DNA from: an uncultured Acidobacteriota bacterium
GTDB taxonomy: Bacteria > Actinomycetota > Acidimicrobiia > Spongiisociales > ZC4RG35
Reading direction: 5' to 3'
NCBI GenBank assembly: GCA_963828465.1
Contig: CAWHEU010000013.1
Coordinates: forward strand, 32,001 to 96,000
DNA: 64,000 nucleotides
Both the position numbers and the translations under genes were made by a program. Shown here piece after piece: positions 9,603 through 22,208 of the stretch. A model generated the notes under the pieces. That model had not been told where the DNA came from. It made no database searches and saw only the letters and a list, made by a program, of their open reading frames with translations. Numbering within the stretch: position 1 is the first letter of the stretch; every line of letters begins with the position of its first letter.

Positions 9603-10648
9603 GGGCTCTCGTCGCCATGTCGGGTGGCGTGGACTCATCGGTAGCAGCGGCGCTGGTGCGAGAAGCGGGTCACGACGTCGTGGGGGTCACCCTCAAGCTG
9701 TGGTCGGGGCCGAACGGGGAGGCTCCGACGGCGGGGTGCTGCACCGTGTCCGACGCCGAAGACGCCCGACGGGTGGCGGCGCAGCTCGACATCCCTTATT
9801 ACGTGCTGGACTACACCGACGAGTTCCGTGATGGTGTGGTCAGCCGCTTCGTCCGGGACTACGGCTCGGGGCGCACGCCCAATCCGTGCATCGAGTGCAA
9901 CCGGACAGTCAAGTTCGACCGGCTCCTCAACGGTCTTGCCGATTTCGATTCCGAGGTGCTGGTCACGGGCCACCACGCCCGCAATCGCCATTTCGACGGC
10001 TCATGGCGGCTTCATCGGGGAGAGGACCGCGCCAAGGACCAGTCGTACGTGCTCTCCATGCTGACCCAGGCCGAACTGTCGAGGATCAGGCTGCCCGTAG
10101 GCGAGTTGACCAAGACCGAAGTCAGGTCGATCGCGGCTGAGATGGGGCTGCGCACCGCCCACAAGCCGGAGTCGATGGACATCTGCTTCGTCGGTCAACG
10201 CGACTACCGGGGCTTCCTCCGCGATGCCGCGCCTGAGGTCTTCGAGCCGGGGCCGCTGGTGGCGAGCGACGGCACCGACCTGGGTAGTCATGACGGGATC
10301 GTGGGATTCACCGTCGGTCAGCGTCGTGGCCTCGGAGTCGCGCTTGGAGAGCCAAGGTTCGTGGTGCGAATCGACCCCGCCTCCTCGACTGTCGTTCTCG
10401 GCCGTCGCGACGAACTGGCGGTTGCCGGTGTCGGGCTCAGACAGCTCACCTGGACCGAAGGAGCACGCTTCTCGGGCCAGGTGATGGCTCAGTACCGGGC
10501 CCATGGCGAGCCCGTCCCCGCGACTTTGCATGACGATCGGCTTCTCTTCGCCGAGCCTCAGGAGGCCGTGGCGCCGGGTCAGACGGTGGCGTTCTACGAC
10601 GGAGATCGCGTGCTGGGTGGTGGGCTGATCACCGAGACTTTCGTGTGA
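9599..10648 (+). CDS. mnmA: tRNA 2-thiouridylase MnmA
   Basis: AMSGGVDSSV, TPNPCIECN, KDQSYVL, ESMDICF, GQRRGLG. Confidence 0.96.
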   Translation: MRALVAMSGGVDSSVAAALVREAGHDVVGVTLKLWSGPNGEAPTAGCCTVSDAEDARRVAAQLDIPYYVLDYTDEFRDGVVSRFVRDYGSGRTPNPCIECNRTVKFDRLLNGLADFDSEVLVTGHHARNRHFDGSWRLHRGEDRAKDQSYVLSMLTQAELSRIRLPVGELTKTEVRSIAAEMGLRTAHKPESMDICFVGQRDYRGFLRDAAPEVFEPGPLVASDGTDLGSHDGIVGFTVGQRRGLGVALGEPRFVVRIDPASSTVVLGRRDELAVAGVGLRQLTWTEGARFSGQVMAQYRAHGEPVPATLHDDRLLFAEPQEAVAPGQTVAFYDGDRVLGGGLITETFV

Positions 10649-13095
<2,447 letters not shown>

Positions 13096-13149
13096 GTCGG
13101 GATCGGTCGTGGACTTCTCGATGGTGTGATCGTATTGCTGCAGGGCAAG

Positions 13150-13202
13150 TGGTGTCGATCTGGTGTCTTGACAGACACCACAAATGGTGTCATAGTGGTG
13201 TC
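13150..13202 (+). promoter_or_regulatory. Leaderless sigma-A promoter with five TGGTGTC operator boxes
   Basis: TTGACA 13168-13173, 17 nt, CATAGT 13191-13196, ATG 13203; TGGTGTC at 13150, 13161, 13185, 13196 and inverted GACACCA at 13174. Confidence 0.8.
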
Positions 13203-13712
13203 ATGAACTTGATACCACACGTCGAGACCCTTCGTCGGGAGCTCTTGATCGCCGCAGAGGCCGGCGGTGACGAGGCACGCTCCCTGGCCGAGCGTCTCAT
13301 CACACCACTCGACTCGGCCACCCGGCTCGTCCTCTTGGATGCCCTGTCCGACGCCGCAAGCGAGATCACCAGTGAGCTCGCTCCCGGGTCGGTCGAAGTG
13401 CGTCTACGCGGCCGCGAGCCCGAGTTCGTAGTGACGCCGCCTCCCGCCGAGCAGTCGTTCGAGGACGTCGGCTCAGGCAGCATCGAGACTGTCACCGCCT
13501 ATTCAGGCGAGATCGATGAGAGCGGGGCATCGCGCACCACCCTTCGCCTGCCGGATCACGTCAAGGCCAAGGTCGACGAGGCGGCCGGCCGGGAGGGCCT
13601 CTCGGTCAATGCCTGGCTGGTGCGAGCGGTAGTCGCTGCCCTGGAGCCGGGTGCTCGTGTCCGCGGTCGCAGCCCGTCGATGGGGCAGCAGTACACCGGT
13701 TGGGTGCAGTAG
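13203..13712 (+). CDS. Ribbon-helix-helix (HicB-antitoxin-like) DNA-binding regulator
   Basis: APGSVEVRLRGREPEFVV domain plus C-terminal RTTLRLPDHVKAKVDEAAGREGLSVNAWLVRAV RHH. Confidence 0.82.
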   Translation: MNLIPHVETLRRELLIAAEAGGDEARSLAERLITPLDSATRLVLLDALSDAASEITSELAPGSVEVRLRGREPEFVVTPPPAEQSFEDVGSGSIETVTAYSGEIDESGASRTTLRLPDHVKAKVDEAAGREGLSVNAWLVRAVVAALEPGARVRGRSPSMGQQYTGWVQ

Positions 13713-13714
13713 CC

Positions 13715-14569
13715 ATGTCGGTTTTCGAAACACCCCAGCCAATCTCCGCGACGCTCGATTTGAGCGTGGCCGACGTCAGGATCATCGCCGGCGACCGCGC
13801 CGACACCGTTGTCGAGGTGCGCCCTGCAATCCAGACCAGGAGCGCTGACATCAAGGCTGCCGAGCAGACCCGTGTCGAGTACTCCAATGGCCGTTTGTCG
13901 GTCAAGATGGCGAAGGACTGGACCAGGTTCACGCCCTTTGGCGGTGTGGCTTCAGTCGACATCACCATCGAGCTGCCTACCGGCTCCTCGATTCACAGTG
14001 AATCCGAGATGGGGTCCTACGACGTCGAGGGCCGGCTCGAGGAATGCAGTTTCCGGACTGGCGCAGGCAGCGTTCGTGTCGATCGGACCGGTCCCCTCAG
14101 CGTCAGCACGGGGATTGGCGAGATCATCGCCGATCGAGTTGCCGGTGACGCCGACTTCAAGACCGGGTCGGGCCAGGTTCGCGTCGGCTCCGTCGACGGG
14201 GCGACAGTCGTCAAGAGCGGGAACGGCGACACCAGGATCGGCGAGGTCGGCGGCGACCTGCGGGTCAAGACAGCCAACGGCGAGATCGTCATCGGCCAGG
14301 CTCGAGCGGGGGTTGTTGCCAAGTCTGCCAATGGCAGGATCCGGATCGGCGATGTCGTGAGCGGGGCGGTCGTGATGGAGACGGCAGCCGGAGAGATCGA
14401 GGTCGGCATCCACGACGGCACTGCCGCGTTCCTGGACGTGAAGACGCACTACGGGAACGTTCGCAGCTCGTTGCAGGCGTCCGCCGGCTCTGAGCCATCG
14501 GGCTCGACTGTCGAAGTCCGCGCCCGCACTTCCTATGGAGACATTCTGATCAATCGGGCGCCCGCCTAG
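13715..14569 (+). CDS. DUF4097 beta-strand repeat protein
   Basis: FETPQPI start, repeated (K/R)T(G/A)xGxI units. Confidence 0.85.
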   Translation: MSVFETPQPISATLDLSVADVRIIAGDRADTVVEVRPAIQTRSADIKAAEQTRVEYSNGRLSVKMAKDWTRFTPFGGVASVDITIELPTGSSIHSESEMGSYDVEGRLEECSFRTGAGSVRVDRTGPLSVSTGIGEIIADRVAGDADFKTGSGQVRVGSVDGATVVKSGNGDTRIGEVGGDLRVKTANGEIVIGQARAGVVAKSANGRIRIGDVVSGAVVMETAAGEIEVGIHDGTAAFLDVKTHYGNVRSSLQASAGSEPSGSTVEVRARTSYGDILINRAPA

Positions 14570-14600
14570 TCACGCAATTCAGAGAAAGGAGCATCTAACC

Positions 14601-15551
14601 ATGAACGAAGCAAATGCAATCGAGGTGAAGCACCTCGAGAAGGGATACAAGGACGTACCGGTGCTTCACGACGTCTCGTTCGAAGTGAGACGGGGGAGCG
14701 TATTCGCCCTCCTCGGAGCGAACGGGTCGGGCAAGACGACCACGATCAACGTCCTGAACACGTTGATCAAGGCCGACGGGGGCAACGCGACCGTCGGCGG
14801 GTTCGACGTCGCGACCCAACCCGACAGGGTCCGGGAGGTGATCAGTGTCACCGGCCAGTCGGCAGCCGTCGACTACATGCTCACCGCTCGGGAAAACCTG
14901 GTGCTGATGGGAGAGTTGCGCCACATCGCGGATCCCCAAGGGGTTGCCTCTTCCTTGCTCGACAAGTTCGACCTCATGGAGGCGGCGGACCGTCGTCTGC
15001 TCACCTTCTCCGGTGGGATGGGGCGCCGGCTGGACATCGCCATGAGTCTCGTGGGCGAGGCGCCCATCATCTTCTTCGACGAGCCGACGACCGGGCTCGA
15101 CCCGCAGAGTCGGAACGACATGTGGCTGACCATCCGGGACCTGGCCGGGAAGGGGATCACCATCTTCCTCACCACCCAGTACCTGGAAGAGGCCGACCGT
15201 CTCGCCGACCAGATCGCCATCCTGCACGGAGGCCGAGTCGTGGCCGACGGGACTCCGGAAGAGTTGAAGGCGATGGTGCCGGCCGGGCTGGTCGAACTGG
15301 ATTTCATCGACGAAGCGGATCTGGCGGCGGCTCGGAGAGCACTGGGCGATGGGTATGAGCTGAGCCAGGTGGATTCGAAGCTGATTGTCGCCAGCAATGG
15401 CTCGGTGGCCGAAATGGCCGACATGTTCATCAGGCTCAACAACGCCGGTCTGGAGCCAACCGGATTCAATGCGAAGGCACCGACTCTCGACGACGTGTTT
15501 TTCAAGATCCTCGGAGAAGACAAGGAAGAAGCTCATGCGAACTCTCACTGA
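14601..15551 (+). CDS. ABC-2 exporter ATP-binding subunit (DrrA-like)
   Basis: GANGSGKTT, FSGGMGRRLDIA, FFDEPTTGLD; AAGGAG RBS. Confidence 0.93.
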   Translation: MNEANAIEVKHLEKGYKDVPVLHDVSFEVRRGSVFALLGANGSGKTTTINVLNTLIKADGGNATVGGFDVATQPDRVREVISVTGQSAAVDYMLTARENLVLMGELRHIADPQGVASSLLDKFDLMEAADRRLLTFSGGMGRRLDIAMSLVGEAPIIFFDEPTTGLDPQSRNDMWLTIRDLAGKGITIFLTTQYLEEADRLADQIAILHGGRVVADGTPEELKAMVPAGLVELDFIDEADLAAARRALGDGYELSQVDSKLIVASNGSVAEMADMFIRLNNAGLEPTGFNAKAPTLDDVFFKILGEDKEEAHANSH

Positions 15552-16308
15552 CACCTGGACCATGGCCAAGCGGAGCCTCCGCCATACCACTCGCAGCATG
15601 GACACGATCATCACCGTCGTCCTGACGCCGATCGCCCTGATGCTGCTGTTCGTGTATGTGTTCGGCGGCGCCCTCGGGCCGCAGACCTCGGTGGGCTATG
15701 TCGACTTCCTGACCCCGGGCGTCGTCGTTATGACGGTGATCAGCGGAATCGCCTACGCCGCCTTCCGTCTCAGCATGGATATGCAGAAGGGGATCATCAG
15801 CCGTTTCCGGACCATGCCGGTGAGACCTTCGTCGGTGTTGAGCGGTCAGGCGATGTCGTCGACGGTTTCCAACCTGCTCTCCTGCGTCCTCGTGCTCGTG
15901 GTGGCATTTATCATCGGATTTCGCCCGGTTGCCTCCCTTGGCGCCTGGTCGTTGTTCGCCGGCTTCCTGATCCTGTTCATACTGGCCACCACCTGGCTGG
16001 CCATGTTCTTCGGCCTGATCGCCAAGACGGTCGAAGGCGCCGGCGCGTTCAGCTACATCCTGATCCTGCTGATCTTCATCAGCCCGTCGTTCGTGCCGAC
16101 CGCCTCGATGGCCCCGTGGCTGAGAAGCTTCGCCGAGAATCAGCCTCTGACCCCGATAGTCGAGACGATTCGCTCACTCCTTATCGAGGGAACACCCGGT
16201 TCTCGAATTTGGGAGGCACTGGCCTGGGCGACAGGGATCCTCGTGGTCTCCTACACCCTGGCGCTGGTCGCCTATCGCCGGAGCGAGCCGATTCCGGCCC
16301 CGCAGTAA
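15535..16308 (+). CDS. ABC-2 exporter permease (DrrB-like)
   Basis: About six TM segments, LLFVYVFGGA, RFRTMP, FAENQPLT. Confidence 0.9.
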   Translation: MRTLTDTWTMAKRSLRHTTRSMDTIITVVLTPIALMLLFVYVFGGALGPQTSVGYVDFLTPGVVVMTVISGIAYAAFRLSMDMQKGIISRFRTMPVRPSSVLSGQAMSSTVSNLLSCVLVLVVAFIIGFRPVASLGAWSLFAGFLILFILATTWLAMFFGLIAKTVEGAGAFSYILILLIFISPSFVPTASMAPWLRSFAENQPLTPIVETIRSLLIEGTPGSRIWEALAWATGILVVSYTLALVAYRRSEPIPAPQ

Positions 16309-16336
16309 AAGCGTGTGCAGAACCTCGTCATGAGAC

Positions 16337-16726
16337 TCACCCGACCCGGAAGGTCCATTCGTACTCTCCCGGGTCGGGCAGGCCGCTGATCGTGTCCCAC
16401 ACGACCCGCACGGTGTGCTCGCCGGGGACCCATTCGGTGATGGTTGGGTTCTGGGGCGACGGCGACCACCGGTAGACCCCCGTGCCCTCGACGAAGACAA
16501 CATCGGTGACCAGCCAGTCGTCGATGTAGATGTCTGCCCGGTAGGCAACAGGCAGATCGACCTCGACGCTTGTTTGCGGGGGGACCAGATCGCCCGGGTT
16601 GGGAGAGAGAGCCTCGATCTCCTCGGGCAACACCAGCTCGTCGCCGCTCCTGTTGAGGGCGATCCCGAATGCGATGGCCGCCACGGCGAGCAAGCCGAGC
16701 CCGATGTAGAGAAGTCGATAGGGCAT
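16337..16726 (-). CDS. Hypothetical membrane-anchored extracytoplasmic protein
   Basis: N-terminal TM, beta-rich domain ending PGEHTVRVVW...WTFRVG; TACGGT-N7-ATG. Confidence 0.65.
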   Translation of the reverse strand: MPYRLLYIGLGLLAVAAIAFGIALNRSGDELVLPEEIEALSPNPGDLVPPQTSVEVDLPVAYRADIYIDDWLVTDVVFVEGTGVYRWSPSPQNPTITEWVPGEHTVRVVWDTISGLPDPGEYEWTFRVG

Positions 16727-16789
16727 CGGCTCGACCGTAGCGGTGGGCGGAGGCAATTACCCTGCCGCCAGACCGACCCAGGGAGCCCA

Positions 16790-17596
16790 TTGCCCGACCG
16801 AGACACCATACGTGCCGCCTTCTCCGGCGAGGTCGACGCCGAGACCGCCCGCGAAGAGGTGGAGAGGACGATCGCCGGCCTGGACCGGGGTGAGTTGAGG
16901 GTTGCGGAGAAGGTCGACGGGGATTGGATCGTCAACGAGTGGGTCAAGGAGGCGATCCTCCTCTACTTCCGTCTTCGGGAGATGGACACCTTCGAGGTCG
17001 GGCCGTATGAGTACCACGACAAGATCCCGTTGAAGACCGGCCTGGCCGCCCAAGGGATCCGGGTGGTGCCGCCGGGGACGGTGCGCTACGGGGCTTTTTG
17101 CGAGCCGGGGGTGATCGTGATGCCGGGCTTCGTCAACATCGGTGCCTACGTGGGCTCAGGCACGATGGTGGACACGTGGGCCACCGTGGGCTCCTGCGCC
17201 CAGATCGGACGGGACGTCCACCTCTCCGGTGGCGTCGGGATCGGCGGTGTTCTGGAGCCACCGGGTGCCCGCCCGGTGATCGTCGAGGACGGCGCCTTCG
17301 TTGGCAGCCGATCGATCGTCGTCGAAGGGACGATCGTCGGCGAGAAGGCCGTTTTGGGCGCCAACACCGTGCTGACTGCGTCTACGCCCATCATCGACGT
17401 GACCGGCCCCGAGCCAGTGGAATTTCGTGGGCGGGTCCCGGCCGGGGCGGTCGTCGTCCCCGGCACCAGGCCCAAGGAGTTTCCCAGCGGCACCTACGAC
17501 CTCACTTGTGCCCTGATCATCGGCAAGCGGACGGCGGCCACCGACGAGAAGACCGCCCTCAACGACTTCCTCCGCGAGCTGGACGTCCAGCTTTGA
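16790..17596 (+). CDS. dapD: Tetrahydrodipicolinate N-succinyltransferase
   Basis: LDRGELRVAEK, WIVNEWVKEAILLYF, DKIPLK, MVDTWATVGSCAQIG, HLSGGVGIGGVLEP. Confidence 0.95.
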   Translation: MPDRDTIRAAFSGEVDAETAREEVERTIAGLDRGELRVAEKVDGDWIVNEWVKEAILLYFRLREMDTFEVGPYEYHDKIPLKTGLAAQGIRVVPPGTVRYGAFCEPGVIVMPGFVNIGAYVGSGTMVDTWATVGSCAQIGRDVHLSGGVGIGGVLEPPGARPVIVEDGAFVGSRSIVVEGTIVGEKAVLGANTVLTASTPIIDVTGPEPVEFRGRVPAGAVVVPGTRPKEFPSGTYDLTCALIIGKRTAATDEKTALNDFLRELDVQL

Positions 17597-18615
17597 CCGA
17601 TCTGGTCGAGACGGCCACCTGGCTGGTCGACATCCCTTCAGTCACCGGCGATGAGGCCGGTCTTCGTGACGCAATTGCCGAGCGACTCGAACAGATGCCA
17701 CAACAGTTGATCGCCGATTCTCTGGTGGTCGGACAGCCGGCCGACGGGGCTGTGTTGCTGGTCGGGCATCTAGATACGGTGCCGCTTCAAGGCGAGGGCG
17801 GGGCGACGCTCGAAGGAGATCGGCTCCATGGGCTCGGAGCGACAGACATGAAGGGCGGGCTCGCAGTGATGATCCATCTAATCGAGGCCCTCGGCCCGGG
17901 AAAGGTGACCTGCGTCTTCTACGCCGGGGAGGAAGGGCCCCTGCCCGGCAATCAGCTGAGTCGTGTCCTGGACGAAGCGGCGTGGCTGACGAAATCGTCG
18001 GCAGCCGTGGTGCTGGAGCCGACCGATCGGGCGATCGAAGCGGGGTGTCAGGGCGTGATCAATGCCGATGTCGTCTTCACCGGCCGGCCGGCGCACTCGG
18101 CCCGGCCCTGGCTGGGGGAGAACGCCATCACCAAGTCGGGCGAATTCCTCGCCTTCCTCGGGGCACTGGAACCCGAGCCGCATGTCGTGAATGGCCTCGA
18201 GTTCCTCGAGGTGATGTCCGTGACCGCCGCGCATGGTGGTGTGGCCCGGAATGTCATCCCCGGGGAGTTCGTGCTGAACATCAACTACAGGTTCGCCCCG
18301 GATCGGTCCCATGACGCGGCGGTGGCCCGTCTTCACGAGGTGTGTGCCCCCGCCGACCGGGTCGAAGTGACCGACCTCGCTCCGGCAGGGTCGGTCGACA
18401 CCGATCACCCGCTGTTCCAGGCGCTGATCGAGAACACAGGGTCGCCTTTGCGGGCAAAGCAAGGCTGGACGGATGTGGCACAGCTGTCCTCTGCAGGTCT
18501 CCCGGCCGTGAATTTCGGTCCGGGCGAACCGTCTCTCGCCCACGAGCCGGGTGAGTCTGTTCGTGTCTCTGACCTGGATTGGGCCTACGAGTCGCTGCTC
18601 GACCTGCTTCGCTGA
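17593..18615 (+). CDS. dapE: Succinyl-diaminopimelate desuccinylase
   Basis: GHLDTV, GATDMKGG, EE, HSARPW.GENAI, GWTDVA, NFGPGEPSLAH; coupled to dapD. Confidence 0.9.
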   Translation: MTDLVETATWLVDIPSVTGDEAGLRDAIAERLEQMPQQLIADSLVVGQPADGAVLLVGHLDTVPLQGEGGATLEGDRLHGLGATDMKGGLAVMIHLIEALGPGKVTCVFYAGEEGPLPGNQLSRVLDEAAWLTKSSAAVVLEPTDRAIEAGCQGVINADVVFTGRPAHSARPWLGENAITKSGEFLAFLGALEPEPHVVNGLEFLEVMSVTAAHGGVARNVIPGEFVLNINYRFAPDRSHDAAVARLHEVCAPADRVEVTDLAPAGSVDTDHPLFQALIENTGSPLRAKQGWTDVAQLSSAGLPAVNFGPGEPSLAHEPGESVRVSDLDWAYESLLDLLR

Positions 18616-18926
18616 CGTCCGAGAAGCACCCAGACCGCCCAGACGATCAGTGCCGCCCAGACCAGAGCGGGACGAGCGAGGACCAGCACCAGCCCAAGGC
18701 CGGCGACCATGAGCGTGGATAGCGACGGCTTCCGGATGTTGGGCAGCACCAGAGCCACGGCTCCCAGGACCGCCCCGACCCTGATCAAGAGCCCGCCCAG
18801 GTTGGTGCCACGGCCCTGGTCGTCGAACAGGAGCATCGCCAGACCCATGCCAATCACCACCAGCCCGACAGCACCGATCACGACGGCGGTGCTCCTGAGC
18901 TGGTTCTTCTGGGCCACGCCATCCAT
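18585..18926 (-). CDS. Hypothetical membrane protein
   Basis: Three to four hydrophobic segments; convergent with dapE. Confidence 0.6.
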   Translation of the reverse strand: MDGVAQKNQLRSTAVVIGAVGLVVIGMGLAMLLFDDQGRGTNLGGLLIRVGAVLGAVALVLPNIRKPSLSTLMVAGLGLVLVLARPALVWAALIVWAVWVLLGRQRSRSSSDS

Positions 18927-18985
18927 TGTGGCGCGCGCAAAACGGGTGGTCGGCGGCTCGACGGCGACTCTTAGACTCCGACCCG

Positions 18986-19276
18986 ATGCCGATCGAGATC
19001 GATATTGCCCATGTTGCGCGTCTGGCCCGTCTCGGGTTGACCAACGAAGAGCTCGAGTCGTACAAGGCCCAGCTCGGAGTGATCCTGGAACACGCCGCCA
19101 GGGTCCAGTCCCTGGAGGTCGAGCCGAACGTCGAGGCGGCCCATCCTCTGGGCCTGACCAACGCGTTCCGCGACGACGAATTGCGACCGTCACTCGACCG
19201 GGATGAGGTGCTGGGCCAGGCTCCGGAAGCCACCGATGGGCATTTCGTCGTGCCTCCGGCGATGGGGACGGAATGA
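18986..19276 (+). CDS. gatC: Asp/Glu-tRNA amidotransferase subunit C
   Basis: [12 protein letters not shown]...NAFRDD...[12 protein letters not shown]. Confidence 0.95.
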   Translation: MPIEIDIAHVARLARLGLTNEELESYKAQLGVILEHAARVQSLEVEPNVEAAHPLGLTNAFRDDELRPSLDRDEVLGQAPEATDGHFVVPPAMGTE

Positions 19277-20736
19277 TCTCCGCCAGCGTTTCCGAAGCCG
19301 GTCGCCTGCTGCGCTCGGATGAGACATCGGCTCAGGCCTTGCTCGAGGACGCGATCGACACCGCCTCCCGGACCGAGGCGCAGCTGCACGCGTTTCTGAC
19401 CATTGACAGCGACGGGGCGAGAGAGGCGGCCAGGCAGGCCGACGCCGATCTGGCCGACGGGATCGATCGCGGCCCTCTCCACGGCATCCCTGTTGCCCTC
19501 AAGGACAACATGTGCACTCGGGGAGTCGAGACAACGGCGGCCTCACAGATCCTCGCCGGTTACGTCCCTCCCTACGACGCGACCGTGGTCACCAGGTTGC
19601 GCAGCGGCGGAGCGGTGATCGTGGGCAAGACGAACCTCGACGAGTTCGCCATGGGATCTTCCACCGAGAACTCAGCGTATGGGACCACGTACAACCCCTG
19701 GGACCTGAGCCGGGTCCCCGGCGGATCCTCGGGCGGCTCGGCGGCCTCCGTGGCGGCCGGTTCATCGCTCCTCGCCTTCGGCTCCGACACGGGAGGCTCC
19801 ATACGCCAACCAGCCTCTTTGTGCGGTGTGGTCGGGATGAAGCCGACTTACGGCACGGTGAGCCGGTACGGGCTGATCGCCTTCGCCTCGTCGCTGGATC
19901 AAATCGGCCCATTTGCCAGGACGGTCGAAGACTCGGCTCTCGCCCTTTCCTCCATCTGGGGCTACGACCCGCTGGACTCCACGTCGTACGGGGGTGAGTA
20001 CCCGAATCCGATGGCCGGCCTCGATCGAGGGGTGGAGGGGCTACGCATCGGCGTCGTCACGGAGCTATCGGGAGAGGGCTTCGAGCCCGCAGTCGAGGCG
20101 GCGACGACCGACATGGTGGCGAGACTGGAGAAGGCGGGAGTCGAAGTGATCGAGGTTTCGCTGCCCACCTTCGACATCGCTCTGTCCGCCTATTACTTGA
20201 TCGCCCCGGCCGAGGCCTCCTCGAATTTGGCTCGCTTCGACGGCATCCGATATGGGCTCAGAGTCGACGGCGCCACCACCGAGGAGCTGATGGCGAGGAC
20301 GAGAGCGGAGGGTTTCGGGCCTGAGGTGATCCGCCGGGTCCTCCTTGGCACCTACTCGCTGTCCGCTGGGTACTACGACGCCTTCTACGGCCAGGCGCAG
20401 CGGGTGCGTGCTGCCATCCAGCAGGATTTCGCCCGTGCCTACGAGCAGGTAGACGTGTTGGTCTCGCCGACCAGCCCCACCGTTGCGTTCGAGGCCGGTG
20501 CCCGGACTTCCGACCCGCTCGCCATGTACCTGTCAGACATCTGCAACATCCCCGCCAACCTGGCCGGCCATCCCGCCATCTCCGTGCCGGTCGGCCTCGA
20601 CGACGCGGGTCTGCCCATCGGGTTCCAGGTGATGGCCCCCGCTCTTGGAGAGGAGACCATGTACCAGGTCGCGGCCGAAGTGGAGCGTCTCGCCGGCTTC
20701 GAGATCTCACCTAGCGTCTTGAAGGGCGCGGCGTGA
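19273..20736 (+). CDS. gatA: Asp/Glu-tRNA amidotransferase subunit A
   Basis: [38 protein letters not shown] amidase signature. Confidence 0.97.
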   Translation: MISASVSEAGRLLRSDETSAQALLEDAIDTASRTEAQLHAFLTIDSDGAREAARQADADLADGIDRGPLHGIPVALKDNMCTRGVETTAASQILAGYVPPYDATVVTRLRSGGAVIVGKTNLDEFAMGSSTENSAYGTTYNPWDLSRVPGGSSGGSAASVAAGSSLLAFGSDTGGSIRQPASLCGVVGMKPTYGTVSRYGLIAFASSLDQIGPFARTVEDSALALSSIWGYDPLDSTSYGGEYPNPMAGLDRGVEGLRIGVVTELSGEGFEPAVEAATTDMVARLEKAGVEVIEVSLPTFDIALSAYYLIAPAEASSNLARFDGIRYGLRVDGATTEELMARTRAEGFGPEVIRRVLLGTYSLSAGYYDAFYGQAQRVRAAIQQDFARAYEQVDVLVSPTSPTVAFEAGARTSDPLAMYLSDICNIPANLAGHPAISVPVGLDDAGLPIGFQVMAPALGEETMYQVAAEVERLAGFEISPSVLKGAA

Positions 20737-22182
20737 GCTGGGAGCCGGTCATCGGGATCGAAGTCCACGTCGAGCTGATGACTGACTCGAAGATGTTCTG
20801 CGGTTGTGCCGTCGCTTTCGGTGGTGAGCCCAACACGAGGGTCTGTCCCACATGTCTTGGCCTCCCCGGCGCTCTCCCGGTGACGAATCGGGCGGCTATC
20901 GAGTCGATCATGGCCATCGGGCTCGCCCTCGATTGCCAGGTCTCGGATCGCTCGGTGTTCCACCGGAAGAACTACTTCTACGCCGACCTTCCCAAGAACT
21001 ATCAAGTCTCCCAATTCGATGTCCCGGTCTGCCACGACGGGCATCTCGACATCGAGGTCGACGGCGAGACACACCGGATCGGCATCGAGCGCGCCCATAT
21101 GGAGGAAGACACGGGTAAGTCCACTCATCTCGGCGCCGGTGGTCGCATCCACGCCGCAGAGGGGACGCTTCTCGATTTCAACCGGTCGGGCGTGCCTCTG
21201 GTCGAGGTCGTGTCCAGACCGGACTTGCGCAGCGCCACCGAATCCCGGGTCTACGCACAGGAGCTGCGGTCGATCGTTGCCGAGCTGGGGGTCTCCGACG
21301 CCAGATTGGAGGAGGGCTCGATCAGGTTCGACGCCAACGTCTCGATTCGGCCAGCAGGGCCAGGATGAATACGGCACCAAGGTCGAGATCAAGAACATGA
21401 ACTCGTTTCGCTCGCTGGAAAGGGCAATCGCATTCGAGATCGAGCGGCAGATCGGAGTAGTCGAGTCGGGTGGTGAGGTGATCCAGGAGACCCGTCACTG
21501 GGATGAGGAGACCGGGGTCACCCATTCCATGCGGGTCAAGGAGGGCTCCTCGGACTATCGCTACTTCACTGAGCCCGACCTCGTTCCCATGGTCATGACC
21601 CCGGAGTGGGTCGCCGGCATCGAAGAGCGACTCCCCGAACTGCCCGGTAGCCGCAGGGCCCGATACGCGGCACAGGGCGTGGCCGAGGGCACCGCGGGCG
21701 TTCTCTCGGCCCTCGACGCCGATCTGCGACGGCTCTACGACGAAGCGGTGCTGTCAGGAGCACCGGCTCGGTCGGCGGCCAAGTGGATCACGGGTGAAGT
21801 CGTGGCCTGGCTGCGCAAATCCGAGATCGAAGCGCGGGACGCCGCCCTCGACGGGCCCGGCCTCGCCGAATTGATCGAGATGGTGGACGACGGGTCCGTG
21901 TCGAGCTCAGCCGCCAAGGACGTACTCGATGGCGTCCTCTCGGGTGAAGGTCGCCCGAGGGAGGTTGCCGACACGAGAGATCTGCTCCAGGTGAGCGATT
22001 CCGGGACGCTGGAGGCCGCAGTCGCCGAGGTGCTGGCGGCCAACCCCCGCGCCATCGATGAGTTCCGCGCGGGCGAAGAGAAAGTGGTGGGGTTCCTGGT
22101 AGGCCAGGTCATGAAGGCCACGGAGGGCAGGGCGGATCCGCGGCTTGTCAACCAGCTCATCAGGGAGAGGATGTCGGGCTGA
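20733..22182 (+). CDS. gatB: Asp/Glu-tRNA amidotransferase subunit B, split by a +1 frameshift at ~21357-21359
   Basis: [25 protein letters not shown] in one frame; [31 protein letters not shown] in the next; removing one G gives [13 protein letters not shown]. Confidence 0.93.
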
Positions 22183-22208
22183 CCGGCGACGGTTAGCGTC
22201 GGTCTCAC

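Noticed and set aside
13203-13712. HicAB toxin-antitoxin system
   Set aside because: No HicA-like toxin adjacent; the context is DUF4097 + ABC exporter
16790-17596. E. coli-type dapD as recent horizontal transfer
   Set aside because: Composition matches the neighbours and it is coupled to dapE; no sign of recent acquisition
20733-22182. gatB as a pseudogene or programmed frameshift
   Set aside because: Normally essential gene, both halves fully conserved, one extra G in a short G run, no slippery heptamer seen, and similar indels elsewhere; a consensus error is more likely
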